DNA of 64,000 nucleotides. Origin: Patescibacteria group bacterium (GTDB lineage Bacteria > Patescibacteriota > Microgenomatia > UBA10105 > UBA927). The position numbers and the translations under genes were made by a program. The notes beneath the pieces are model-generated. The model searched no databases. It was not told the DNA's origin and worked only from the letters and a program-made list of their open reading frames with translations. Positions 37,883 through 47,832 of the stretch are shown in pieces (within the stretch, counting starts at the first letter, position 1; every line of letters starts with the position of its first letter). Location: contig DATKGN010000013.1 of NCBI GenBank assembly GCA_035510735.1, positions 192,596-256,595 of the forward strand, written 5' to 3'.

Positions 37883-38368
37883 TTATTGGGCGGGACTATA
37901 CGTAACGGTAAAATCTTTTTCTGCGTAAGAGCCGTTTGAATCGTTTGCCGTGACGGTAACAATGTTATCTCCCTCATCCAGCGACACCTGGGCCGTAAAG
38001 TTACCTCCGGCATCTGCGGTCACTTCCGTATCATTAACAAAGATATCAGCCGCCGGAACCGTATGACCTTTGACAACAACACTTGCGACTGTCACGGTGC
38101 TTTTATCCGAAGGACTTGTTAGAGCAAGAGTGATCTGTGAAACAGCCGGAATCGGCGACGGCAATGGTTTCGCTGTCGGTATCGTCGTGACCGGTGCACC
38201 CTGATTATTTTGCGTAGTACCCTGTTGCGTCATGCTCGTTGGCGTTTCTCCCTGAGTCATACCCGTTGAAGATGCCATTTGTTGCAATTTGTTCCGGCTG
38301 TAGAGATAATATCCAGCACCTCCGGCAACAAGAACAACGAGTAATGCAATAATAATCGTCTGTTTCAT
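37883..38368 (-). CDS. Membrane-anchored Ig-like domain protein
   Basis: TM, low-complexity linker, LTSP...VKG...ADAGGNF...LDEGDN. Confidence 0.78.
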   Translation of the reverse strand: MKQTIIIALLVVLVAGGAGYYLYSRNKLQQMASSTGMTQGETPTSMTQQGTTQNNQGAPVTTIPTAKPLPSPIPAVSQITLALTSPSDKSTVTVASVVVKGHTVPAADIFVNDTEVTADAGGNFTAQVSLDEGDNIVTVTANDSNGSYAEKDFTVTYSPAQ

Positions 38369-38398
38369 ACGTACCTCTATGTACTAGTGTAATCAATA

Positions 38399-38779
38399 TT
38401 ACACATATTTATCAAGTTGTCGGCGTTTTTCGCGAATTAGTTTCCTTTTATTACCCGTAAATACCCATAGAATAATAAGCAGGAAAATCGCTATGGCTCC
38501 CAATAACAAATAGTTTTGCGGTACTCCCTGCCAAAAAATCCACAGCGTGTCCCGCCAATAGGATGCAATGATCTCAGGATCCTGAGTAAAGATGCTAAGA
38601 AGTGACCAGCTTTGTTCTGTGGATAGCACGCTTATGATTGCCCACAAAATGGAAAGCGTTATGATAACGAGGATGGCCATAGAGACAATAAAACGCCGCT
38701 GCCATGAGTCGGTATTTTTCCGCTCGAACCGGACCACCCGGTCCATGACCGGTTTTGTAATATCAGGTGTTTTCTTCAT
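38399..38779 (-). CDS. Probable anti-sigma membrane protein
   Basis: Overlaps the sigma stop, PDITKPVMDRV, two TMs. Confidence 0.65.
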   Translation of the reverse strand: MKKTPDITKPVMDRVVRFERKNTDSWQRRFIVSMAILVIITLSILWAIISVLSTEQSWSLLSIFTQDPEIIASYWRDTLWIFWQGVPQNYLLLGAIAIFLLIILWVFTGNKRKLIREKRRQLDKYV

Positions 38780-39305
38780 AATGTAATTTTTTCCGTAACG
38801 CAACCTTTGCGCGTTTAAGATGGGTCCGAACCGTATTGACGGGAATATGTAATTCCCTACTGACTTCTTCATACGACAATTCATGAAAATAGTAAAGAGT
38901 GATGACCCGTTTATATTTTTGAGGCAAATGTGAAACGGCAAGCTTCACGGACGCAATCCTGTCCGAACGGAATATCTGCTCGATAAATGGTTCATCATCC
39001 TCTATATCCACAATCTCCTCCAAGGATACGGTTGCCTTTTTTGATCGAATTGCCGAGAAAGCTGTGTTTTTCGCAATTTCAAACATATATGTCGAAAATT
39101 TTCTCTCAGGGTCAACACGGCTAATATGACGATATACGTTAAACAATGCGTCCTGGACGACTTCAGAGGCCACAGCCTCATCGTGAACGATCCGCATGAC
39201 GAAGACAAAAAGCCCACGCTGATAGCGTACGACCAGTTTCTCATAGGCAATGATATTGCCCTTTTGTATGGCTACTACGAGCTCGCGATCGTTTGTCTCA
39301 TACAT
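38763..39305 (-). CDS. ECF RNA polymerase sigma factor
   Basis: EVVQDALFNVY, FSTYMFEIAKN, LSYEEVS...PVNTVRTHLKRA. Confidence 0.95.
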   Translation of the reverse strand: MYETNDRELVVAIQKGNIIAYEKLVVRYQRGLFVFVMRIVHDEAVASEVVQDALFNVYRHISRVDPERKFSTYMFEIAKNTAFSAIRSKKATVSLEEIVDIEDDEPFIEQIFRSDRIASVKLAVSHLPQKYKRVITLYYFHELSYEEVSRELHIPVNTVRTHLKRAKVALRKKLHYEENT

Positions 39306-39335
39306 ACGTGAAGCCAATTATAGTACAATAAGGCC

Positions 39336-40196
39336 ATGAAAACTGGTGTTGTCGCAATCATCGGTCGGCCGAACGTCGGCAAATCAACGCTTCTCAATCA
39401 TATATTGGGACACAAAGTGTCTATCACGTCGCCGAAGCCGCAGACGACGCGGTTTAACATCCAGGCGGTCTATGAGGATGAACGCGGTCAGATACTGTTT
39501 GTCGACACGCCGGGCGTATTCGGAAAAATTGATGACCCATTGGGCAAGCGCATCAATCTGCAGGCTGAAGAATCACTCGCAGGAGGCGTTGATCTGGTCA
39601 TCTACATGATTGATCACACACGGGAGCGGGATTTTGAAGAGAATAAAACGCTTGGTATCGTGAGAAAAGCGAAAGTACCGAAAATTTTAGTAATCAATAA
39701 GATTGATGTCAAAGAACCAACGCACATCATCCAATACAAATTCATGGAAGAAGAGTTTGATGCCGTCGTTGAAGTCTCGGCTCTCGAACATAAAAACATT
39801 CCAACACTCCTTGACACGATATTTTCATTTTTGAAAGAGGGCGAACCGATTGTTGATACAAAAACACTCACACAACCGGCACTCAACCTCGATAGCAAGA
39901 TGTTCGTCGCAGAAATTATACGGGAAAAGGCATATTTATTTCTCCGCCGCGAAGTGCCCTATACGTTAACCACGGTTGTCGACGAAACAACCGAACGTAC
40001 AAACGGTAATTTGTATATCCGCGCAAGAATTTTAACTTCGGCGGACCGATATAAAGCGATGATCGTGGGCAAAGGCGGCGTGATGATCAAAGAAATCAGT
40101 ATGGCCGCACGGAAAGAACTGGAAACCGCGACAAACAAAAAAGTATATCTGGAGCTCACCGTGGAAACCGATCCACACTGGATAGACCTAATGTAA
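39336..40196 (+). CDS. era: GTPase Era
   Basis: GRPNVGKST, PQTTR, DTPG, NKID, KH domain IVGKGG. Confidence 0.98.
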   Translation: MKTGVVAIIGRPNVGKSTLLNHILGHKVSITSPKPQTTRFNIQAVYEDERGQILFVDTPGVFGKIDDPLGKRINLQAEESLAGGVDLVIYMIDHTRERDFEENKTLGIVRKAKVPKILVINKIDVKEPTHIIQYKFMEEEFDAVVEVSALEHKNIPTLLDTIFSFLKEGEPIVDTKTLTQPALNLDSKMFVAEIIREKAYLFLRREVPYTLTTVVDETTERTNGNLYIRARILTSADRYKAMIVGKGGVMIKEISMAARKELETATNKKVYLELTVETDPHWIDLM

Positions 40197-40241
40197 TAGA
40201 TAAGACTGCAACGCAGGTTACTTGGTTAATTGGTTACTTTG

Positions 40242-41636
40242 TTATTTGGTTGTTAGTCGTTTTAGCGTTTCGTCTTTTCCCAGTATTTCCAATGATTCAA
40301 GAAGCGGCGGACCGACAGTTTTACCCGTAACCGCAACCCGAAGCTCCATAAATACATCCTTTGCCTTAACATTCCCCTTCTCTGCGGCCTCCCTAATGGA
40401 TTTCTCCATCGCATCATGATTCCAATCACAGTTATTTAAAGCATCTCTTCCAATTTTTAATGCGCTTTCCTGTAATGGCCGCTCTAATTCGCGGGGCCGC
40501 TCAAAGAAAAAGCCTGCAAGAGATTTAAACTCCGATAACAGTTTCATGCGGTCTTTAATTAGCGGTAATATATTTATAAGAAGTGCATCATCTAACTTCT
40601 CATCCGTATAGAAATTTTTAATCAGATCTTTTATCTCTGCGTCTGACTTCATCCGTAAATACTCCCCGTTCATCCAACGTAGTTTCTCCGTATCAAATAT
40701 TGGCGCTGTTGTCTGGACTGCTTCGAGCGTGAACTTTTGTGTCATCTCCAAAACCGTGAATATATCTTTCCCTCCGGGATAGGCCCATGCCATGGTGGCC
40801 AAATAATTTTTTATTGCCTCCGGTAAATATCCTTTTGTTTTGTAGTCGGAAACCCACACAGGATTTTTCCGTTTACTAAGCTTACTTTTATCGGGATTTC
40901 GAAGCAATGATGCATGGGCAAACTGCGGAAGTTCCCATCCGAAAAATTGATAGAGGAGTATGTGCTTCGGTGTCGACGAAATCCACTCTTCACCCCGTAT
41001 GATATGAGTAATTTTCATGATATGGTCGTCAACAACGACCCCAAGGTGATAGGTGGGAAATCCATCCGATTTCAGAAGTACCTGATCGTCAATCAGTTTA
41101 TTTTCAAATGAAATATCGCCCCGGATTATATCGTGAAAGGTCGATACTCCGTCATCGGGAACATTAAGACGGATGACATGCTTTTCCCCGCCTGCGGCCC
41201 GCTTTTTCGCTTCTTTTGGATCCAATTTTTTGCACAAACCGTCATACATGGGGGGCAAGTGCTTCGCCTCCTGATCTTGCCGCATCTCTGCCAACCGTTC
41301 GGGAGTGCAAAAACAGTAATATGCATGACCTTTTGCTATCAGCTCTTCTGCATATTTTTTATAAATATCCAATCGTTCTGACTGACGATATGGAGCATAC
41401 GGACCGCCATTATCCGGCCCTTCGTCATGAGGAATCCCCAACCAGCGGAGTGATTCGAGAATCCGCGCTTCAGACCCTTCAACAAACCTTGTTCGATCAG
41501 TATCCTCTATTCGGATGATGAATTGGCCGTTATTTTTCTTCGCAAAAACATAATTGATAAGCGCAGTATAGGCATTTCCGATATGAAGATCCTGACCTGT
41601 CGGCGAAGGAGCGATGCGTGTGCGGACAATTGACAT
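40242..41636 (-). CDS. gltX: Glutamate--tRNA ligase
   Basis: RIAPSPTG, HIGN, IEDTD, KLSKRK. Confidence 0.97.
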   Translation of the reverse strand: MSIVRTRIAPSPTGQDLHIGNAYTALINYVFAKKNNGQFIIRIEDTDRTRFVEGSEARILESLRWLGIPHDEGPDNGGPYAPYRQSERLDIYKKYAEELIAKGHAYYCFCTPERLAEMRQDQEAKHLPPMYDGLCKKLDPKEAKKRAAGGEKHVIRLNVPDDGVSTFHDIIRGDISFENKLIDDQVLLKSDGFPTYHLGVVVDDHIMKITHIIRGEEWISSTPKHILLYQFFGWELPQFAHASLLRNPDKSKLSKRKNPVWVSDYKTKGYLPEAIKNYLATMAWAYPGGKDIFTVLEMTQKFTLEAVQTTAPIFDTEKLRWMNGEYLRMKSDAEIKDLIKNFYTDEKLDDALLINILPLIKDRMKLLSEFKSLAGFFFERPRELERPLQESALKIGRDALNNCDWNHDAMEKSIREAAEKGNVKAKDVFMELRVAVTGKTVGPPLLESLEILGKDETLKRLTTK

Positions 41637-41745
41637 AACAAGATTGATTCTACCATCTGAGCCACGTATACTCAAAGTATAAGTTGTTATCCGCTAAACG
41701 TTAACCGTTAACCGCGATTAACCGTTTAACGATTAGCGCTTAACG

Positions 41746-42810
41746 ATGCAAAATATGTCTTCCCTGACCGAGACAGCGTATTACACACGACGTGCAGTTA
41801 ATTGGACCATTTTGGGTGTTATCGCCTACTTTGTCCTTCGCATTCTCTGGAGCATAATCGTTATTATTTGGCTCATGATTTTCCCGCCCCAACAGGCTTT
41901 GCCTAATCATGCCTTCGGAAGACTTCCTGCTCTTCAATTTCCGACCCAGGCAACTCCATCCGCACAGATCAGCTATACACTACAAACGATTGAAGGATCG
42001 GTGCCAACTGCATCGTCATCTGCCACCGTCTATTTCATGCCTAAAAGTGCAGCTAACCTTCTTGCCCTGACCAACACTGAGGATTTTGCCACAAAAATGC
42101 AGTTTGACCCGACTCCGATCCAGGAAAGCAAAAACATCTACCGTTTTAACGACGCAGATTACCCGCTTCGAAGCCTACGATATGATATCGTTTCTTCTAA
42201 TTTCATCGTCCGGTATACATTTGAGCGCGATTTGTCCATCTTTACCGAAAAAAATCTACCAGACGACAACGGGGCAAAAACGGAAGCCACTACACTCCTT
42301 GAATCAAATGGTTTATATCCAAGCGACTTCAACGGCGGACCGATCACCGTATCTTATCTCAAACTAAGCGGCATTCAGTTAGCTCCGGGGCGAAGTCTAT
42401 CTGATAGCGATGCGTTACGGGTTGATTTTTTTAGAAACTTAATCGGCGACACCCCTGTAGTTGCACCAATTCCGGATGAAGGACCAATATCTATTATAAT
42501 ATCGGGATCATCAAACCCACGAAAACGCATTATACAGTTTGCCTATACCTATTGGCCGATTGATTATCAGACAACGGCGACATATCCTCTCATTACGAGC
42601 TCACAGGCTTGGAGTGAACTACAACAAGGTCAAGGATATATCGCACACTATCCGGATAATACTACCACAGCTGTAGTACGAAACGTCTATTTAGCTTACT
42701 ATGACACGTACGATCCACAAACATATCTGCAGCCGGTTTTCGTATTCTCGGGGGATAATAATTTTATTGCATACGTCCCGGCGGTGATGTCCGATTGGAT
42801 AGAACAATAA
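41746..42810 (+). CDS. Conserved membrane-anchored hypothetical protein
   Basis: N-terminal TM, C-terminal YLQPVFVF...AYVPA. Confidence 0.75.
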   Translation: MQNMSSLTETAYYTRRAVNWTILGVIAYFVLRILWSIIVIIWLMIFPPQQALPNHAFGRLPALQFPTQATPSAQISYTLQTIEGSVPTASSSATVYFMPKSAANLLALTNTEDFATKMQFDPTPIQESKNIYRFNDADYPLRSLRYDIVSSNFIVRYTFERDLSIFTEKNLPDDNGAKTEATTLLESNGLYPSDFNGGPITVSYLKLSGIQLAPGRSLSDSDALRVDFFRNLIGDTPVVAPIPDEGPISIIISGSSNPRKRIIQFAYTYWPIDYQTTATYPLITSSQAWSELQQGQGYIAHYPDNTTTAVVRNVYLAYYDTYDPQTYLQPVFVFSGDNNFIAYVPAVMSDWIEQ

Positions 42811-43785
42811 TTACTGACTTTGACCGTAGGGCACCCACTGGTAATTTGCGAATATCCAGTTAATAAGCTTCTCTGTGTCACCGAACCGGTCCTGACTGTG
42901 TAAAACCACCGTAATCACTTTATGACCATTACGGTCAACGAGTGTCATCAAATTTTCTCCGGCTTCCTCGGTCCAACCGGTTTTTATACCCCCAACACCA
43001 GGGATTTTCCCCAACAGTTCGTTCACATTTTTCAGTGGATAAAAATACGTATGGGTAACGTCTGAGATGGTAATTTCAGGGATTGCAACCATTTTTGCGA
43101 TGGTTTTATTTTGGAGCGCTACACTTCCTAAATGTGCTAAATCGATGGGCGTCATTTTATGGTTAGGATCATCAAAACCTACAGGATTTGTGAATGTGCT
43201 GTGATCGAGATGTAACGCTTGCGCCTTCTTATTCATAGCGTCAACAAATGCCGGCTCTCCACCGGGATAATGGTCGGCAATCGCCCATGCAGCATCGTTA
43301 CCGGAATAAATAAGAGCGCCGTAGAGTAAATTTTCGACCGTCATTTGCTCCCCGGGAACAAGCCCCATCACCTGTCCGTCAACCGTCGCCGTTTTTATAG
43401 TTACAACATCATCGAGATTATATGAGTCCAGTGCAACAAGTGCGGTCAAAATTTTCGTTGTCGATGCGGGAGATAGCGAAACATCGGCATTTCGTTTATA
43501 CATAAACACTCCAGAATTTATATCCAAAACGACAACACCGGTAGCTGTCACTTCACTCCCTGGATATACACCCGTACTATTTGTCGGGTACGGTGCGGGG
43601 GTGGGCACATTAAGCGATACGGTAGGATTTGAGATCGGTTCTGCAAGTTTTCCGATGGTATAAATATTTTGCCCCGGGCTCAACAGAATAAATATTCCTA
43701 CAAAGATAAGGAAGAGTATTTTATCCCAGTTGGTTATAAACCAAGGGATTTTCTGTACAGATGCTCTTTTTTTCTTCTTAGCCAT
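42811..43785 (-). CDS. D-alanyl-D-alanine carboxypeptidase (peptidase S11)
   Basis: STTK, SGN, KTG penicillin-binding motifs. Confidence 0.95.
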   Translation of the reverse strand: MAKKKKRASVQKIPWFITNWDKILFLIFVGIFILLSPGQNIYTIGKLAEPISNPTVSLNVPTPAPYPTNSTGVYPGSEVTATGVVVLDINSGVFMYKRNADVSLSPASTTKILTALVALDSYNLDDVVTIKTATVDGQVMGLVPGEQMTVENLLYGALIYSGNDAAWAIADHYPGGEPAFVDAMNKKAQALHLDHSTFTNPVGFDDPNHKMTPIDLAHLGSVALQNKTIAKMVAIPEITISDVTHTYFYPLKNVNELLGKIPGVGGIKTGWTEEAGENLMTLVDRNGHKVITVVLHSQDRFGDTEKLINWIFANYQWVPYGQSQ

Positions 43786-45663
43786 TTACGATGTCTTCGC
43801 GTACGCGCCTGTGATGGGTCTTGCTACCTTTTCGTAATCCTTTTCCGATAACGCGATTGATTTATTATGCAGTCCTGCATTGAATGCAACCCGCGTATTT
43901 GTGGCTAAACCGTTTTCCATATAAATCGGTATACCGAAAATATGCCCGAACGGCGGTACAGCCCCGATTGGAACCGATGTTACGGTAAGTACTTCATCCG
44001 GCGTCGCCATACGGAGGTCCCGTACGTCAAATAATTTTTTAAATACCTTCATGTCAACTTTTTGATCTCCCGCGATAACCACCATGACCGGTTTCCCATC
44101 GGCAAACATAACAAGCGCTTTGGCTCCCATGTGAGGATCAGTATTTCTGATTTTCGCCGCTTCCTCACTTGTGGTCACCGGCTCGTGTTCATAGGCTTCA
44201 TATTGAATCTTATTCGCTTCAAGCAAATCGACTATCTCTTTATAGACGGCGTCACCCCCCCTGGGACCCGTCTTCTTCAAAACCGTAATGCCGACTTCAT
44301 TTAATTGCTCTTCAGTTGCTTCACTCGGGGCATCCATAACGCTCGTTTGCCCGGAAGCGCTTGCCGGAAATGCCATAACTTCCCGAATACTGAGCTCTCC
44401 TAACACGGTAAATAAAAACCGGTCAACTCCGGGAGCAATCCCTCCATGCGGCGGTACTCCATAGGTGAAAGCAGTGAGCATATGCTCAAATTGGCTCTTT
44501 TGAGCCGCACTAAATCCGATGAGATCAAACACTTTCTCCTGTATTTCCCGCTTATGAATTCTTATGCTGCCCCCTCCGACCTCATAACCGTTCAGAATCA
44601 TATCATGTTGCAATCCACGGACTTTGGTCGGATCCGTATCAAGGAGCGCGATATCATCAGGATGTGGCGCGGTAAACATATGATGAGAAGGTGCAAATTT
44701 GGCGCTTCCCGACCCATGATAGAAATCCGCCTCCGACTGCTCGGTAAAAAGCGGAAAATCTACCGTCCAGGAAAAAGCTAGTTCGTTAGGATCATTTTTA
44801 TTTTTCCGTAAGTCCGGTTTGTCCGTCCCGTATTTCGCAATTGCCTCTTTGTGCGGAATTCTCGGCCAGGGAGTCTGTGATATATGTTTTTCGGGAAATA
44901 ATTTCGTCACTAATTTTGTAAACAGGTCTTCCGCAAGCCGGATAATATCTTCCTGCGTCACAAATGACATTTCAATATCAAGCTGGGTAAACTCACCGTA
45001 CGCACGGTCTTTTCTTGGGTCCTCATCGCGGAAACATCGGGCAATCTGAAAATACCGTTCCAAACCCGCTACCATCAATAACTGCTTATACTGTTGGGGC
45101 GATTGCGGGAGCGCATAAAATTTACCTTTTTGAAGCCTCGAGGGGACGATAAAATCCCGTGCTCCTTCCGGTGTCGTTTTCGTTAACATCGGTGTTTCCA
45201 CCTCTATAAAATCAAGAGCGGTTAGGTAATTTCTGATAAACGTGGTCGCCTGAGAGCGGACACGAAGATTCCGCGTCATTCTGGGACGTCTGATATCCAG
45301 GTAGCGGTATTTCAGCCTGGTTTCTTCGTTAATATCGAGTCCGTCCGTATCAATAGGGAACGGCAGTTCTCTTGCTTTATTGATAATGAGCATTTTTTTC
45401 ACTTCAATCTCAATTGCTCCTGTAGTCAGTTTCGCGTTCACCATGTTATCCGGCCGTTTTTTGACGACACCAACGACCTCTACCACATCCTCAGGCCGCG
45501 CATCGGCAAGTTCCTTAGAGGATACCATCTGGACGATCCCTGTGCGGTCACGAAGATCCAAAAACATGATTTTCCCGTGATCACGGCGGTTATTTATCCA
45601 ACCCTGAAGGAGGACTTCTTTTCTGATAAGATCAGTTGTTTTTATTATAAGAGTTCTCTCCAT
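43786..45663 (-). CDS. aspS: Aspartate--tRNA ligase with C-terminal YbaK/ProX-like domain
   Basis: RRDHGK, RLKYRYLDIRR, TPEGARDF, LPQSPQ, FRDED, GGGSIR, PPHGG; extra ~150 aa with GAKAL and GAVPPFG. Confidence 0.95.
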   Translation of the reverse strand: MERTLIIKTTDLIRKEVLLQGWINNRRDHGKIMFLDLRDRTGIVQMVSSKELADARPEDVVEVVGVVKKRPDNMVNAKLTTGAIEIEVKKMLIINKARELPFPIDTDGLDINEETRLKYRYLDIRRPRMTRNLRVRSQATTFIRNYLTALDFIEVETPMLTKTTPEGARDFIVPSRLQKGKFYALPQSPQQYKQLLMVAGLERYFQIARCFRDEDPRKDRAYGEFTQLDIEMSFVTQEDIIRLAEDLFTKLVTKLFPEKHISQTPWPRIPHKEAIAKYGTDKPDLRKNKNDPNELAFSWTVDFPLFTEQSEADFYHGSGSAKFAPSHHMFTAPHPDDIALLDTDPTKVRGLQHDMILNGYEVGGGSIRIHKREIQEKVFDLIGFSAAQKSQFEHMLTAFTYGVPPHGGIAPGVDRFLFTVLGELSIREVMAFPASASGQTSVMDAPSEATEEQLNEVGITVLKKTGPRGGDAVYKEIVDLLEANKIQYEAYEHEPVTTSEEAAKIRNTDPHMGAKALVMFADGKPVMVVIAGDQKVDMKVFKKLFDVRDLRMATPDEVLTVTSVPIGAVPPFGHIFGIPIYMENGLATNTRVAFNAGLHNKSIALSEKDYEKVARPITGAYAKTS

Positions 45664-45741
45664 ACCTGACTCCATCATAACAAATAACCTCAATGAACTA
45701 TATTATCACACGGATTACCCTGTTTGTTGAAGTAATTACTA

Positions 45742-45771
45742 TTGACAACGTATTGTAATATATATTACAAT
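45742..45771 (+). promoter_or_regulatory. Sigma70 promoter overlapped by a perfect 20-bp palindrome
   Basis: TTGACA(45742)-18bp-TACAAT(45766); ATTGTAATATATATTACAAT at 45752-45771. Confidence 0.7.
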
Positions 45772-45789
45772 TAAGCCTATAATTCATAT

Positions 45790-45909
45790 ATGAACCCAAC
45801 CAACCGTATTATTGTCCAACTTATTACACTCCTTACGAAAGGAGAGGTCGCGTGGTGAAATAACGTTACATTTTTTCTCACGAGACCTCCTTCAATAGGA
45901 GGTTTTTTT
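45790..45909 (+). promoter_or_regulatory. Leader-peptide attenuator (22-aa leader 45790-45858 plus terminator 45885-45909)
   Basis: MNPTNRIIVQLITLLTKGEVAW*; ACCTCCT-TCAAT-AGGAGGT followed by a T-run; alternative pairing of 45839-45854 with 45879-45892. Confidence 0.72.
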
Positions 45910-46176
45910 ATGCCCTGCACAGAAATAGTTATCGCTACTGAAAAATTATCTGATAAATTTGACCCGAACGATCCATGCACTCTCAAAATGGAGGAAAAAC
46001 TGTTATCGTTGAATATTTTCGGTGGTCGAATTCAGGGTGTCAAACCAATAGAAAACAGGGCCGGTGGAACCTTGCCCCCAAATAGCGGACACAAAACAAT
46101 TGAAGGCCATGATCTCATTATTGCCCCGGAAGGATCACACACCATTGTTGTCCTGGGAGAGGTCGGTAAAAAATAA
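45910..46176 (+). CDS. Small hypothetical protein downstream of the attenuator
   Basis: AGGAGG Shine-Dalgarno 7 nt before the ATG; 88 aa. Confidence 0.7.
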   Translation: MPCTEIVIATEKLSDKFDPNDPCTLKMEEKLLSLNIFGGRIQGVKPIENRAGGTLPPNSGHKTIEGHDLIIAPEGSHTIVVLGEVGKK

Positions 46177-46179
46177 GTG

Positions 46180-47832
46180 CTACACCACTTTTATATCTTT
46201 AATCTTTAACTGTAATCTCGTGCTTCCATTCCAGGTGTTCATATCGATGGAATAGGCAATATCGATGGGTTTATCAGGCCGGAGTGACGGATAGACCTTG
46301 CCTAAACCGAATGCTATCGCATCGACAATGACTCCCGCCTGTCTGAGTTTTAATTTCATATGTTTCCCTTCGGCGCCAACCAGCCGGCTATCGACGACCT
46401 CAACTCCTGTTGATGAGAATAACGGCTCGGGATTGCCGAAACCGAACGGCTCAAATTCCTGTATCGCCCGCCATAGATCCTCCGTGGCGTTTGATAAAGG
46501 CAAAGCGACATCAATGGGAAGAACACGTAGTAATTGTTCTTCGCCTAACTCTTTCTCTGCAAGTTCACTAAGACGCCGCTCCAATGCATCAAGATTTTTT
46601 GTTTCGACAGTAAATCCCGCAGCCATTGGATGGCCTCCTACGTCAACAAGAATGTCGCTGCAACTCCTGATCGCGTCAACAATATTGAATCCGGTAATCG
46701 ACCGCGCAGACGCTTTTGAATAGATTTCGCCGACTGACAAGACGATAGACGGGCGGTAATATTCCTCAACAAGTCTCCCTGCAACCAATCCGATAATCCC
46801 GGGATTGTAACTTTCGTGTGCGATAAACAATAACTTCTTTACATTCCCTGATGCATCTTTTTGCACCAATCCCTTTGCATGAGCCGACGTATCAACGGTC
46901 AGTTGCTGGCGTTCTTTATTTGTAAGACTCAGTTTTCGCGCTAATAGCATCGCCTTATCTTCCCGGTTTGTGCACATAAGTCGAAGTGCATCCATCGCGT
47001 GAACCAATCTCCCCATAGCATTAATCCTCGGGGCTATGACATGGGAAATATCAAATGTTGAAAGCTCGCCCTTCGTCAATCCTGCGTCGGATATGAGCGC
47101 AGTGAGCCCGATACGTTTTGTTTTATTGAGCACTGCCAATCCGAATTTTGTTATAGACCGATTCGCACCGATTAAAGGAACGAGATCTGCAATCGTCCCG
47201 ATGGTCGCAAGGGCTAATAATTCATCGTGATGCGCGGGATCCAGTTCTTTTGCCACGAACCATGAGACCCCTGCTCCGCAGAGACTCGTCGTGTGAACGG
47301 TTACGCAGTCGGGAAGTTTTTTGGGTTTCATGTGATGATCGGTGACGACAACATCAATTCCCAGAGACTTTGCGTACTCTACCTTGTCGTAAGCAGAAAT
47401 TCCGTGATCGACGGTGACGATGAGCGACGGCGTATATTGTTTAAAAACGCTGTCTATCCCCTTTTTCGACAAACCATATCCTTCCTCAGCCCTATCGGGA
47501 ATATACGGCATAACGTTTCCGCCGAGTTTATGAATCGTTTCCCACATGATGGCACCCGCTGTAATCCCGTCTGCATCATAGTCCGCATACACAATAATCG
47601 ACTCATGCAAGCGTATCGCCTTATTAATCCGTTTCACCGCTTTTGCAAGTGATGAGAAACTGATGTCAACGTCTTTTGCAGTTAAATCATACGGATTTTT
47701 CGGATGAAGATACTCTTCAATTTCTTTTTTTGTCTTTAATCCGCGGTTTAAGAGTAAAACCGAGATAATATCGCGGACGCTTAACGGTGACAACGTTGAT
47801 TTCGGTGTATAGCGTATCTGCCACTTCTTCAT
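46180..47832 (-). CDS. recJ: ssDNA-specific exonuclease RecJ
   Basis: DYDADG, TVDHG, TDHH, GTIADLVPL, PRINAMGRL, GGHPMAAG. Confidence 0.97.
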   Translation of the reverse strand: MKKWQIRYTPKSTLSPLSVRDIISVLLLNRGLKTKKEIEEYLHPKNPYDLTAKDVDISFSSLAKAVKRINKAIRLHESIIVYADYDADGITAGAIMWETIHKLGGNVMPYIPDRAEEGYGLSKKGIDSVFKQYTPSLIVTVDHGISAYDKVEYAKSLGIDVVVTDHHMKPKKLPDCVTVHTTSLCGAGVSWFVAKELDPAHHDELLALATIGTIADLVPLIGANRSITKFGLAVLNKTKRIGLTALISDAGLTKGELSTFDISHVIAPRINAMGRLVHAMDALRLMCTNREDKAMLLARKLSLTNKERQQLTVDTSAHAKGLVQKDASGNVKKLLFIAHESYNPGIIGLVAGRLVEEYYRPSIVLSVGEIYSKASARSITGFNIVDAIRSCSDILVDVGGHPMAAGFTVETKNLDALERRLSELAEKELGEEQLLRVLPIDVALPLSNATEDLWRAIQEFEPFGFGNPEPLFSSTGVEVVDSRLVGAEGKHMKLKLRQAGVIVDAIAFGLGKVYPSLRPDKPIDIAYSIDMNTWNGSTRLQLKIKDIKVV

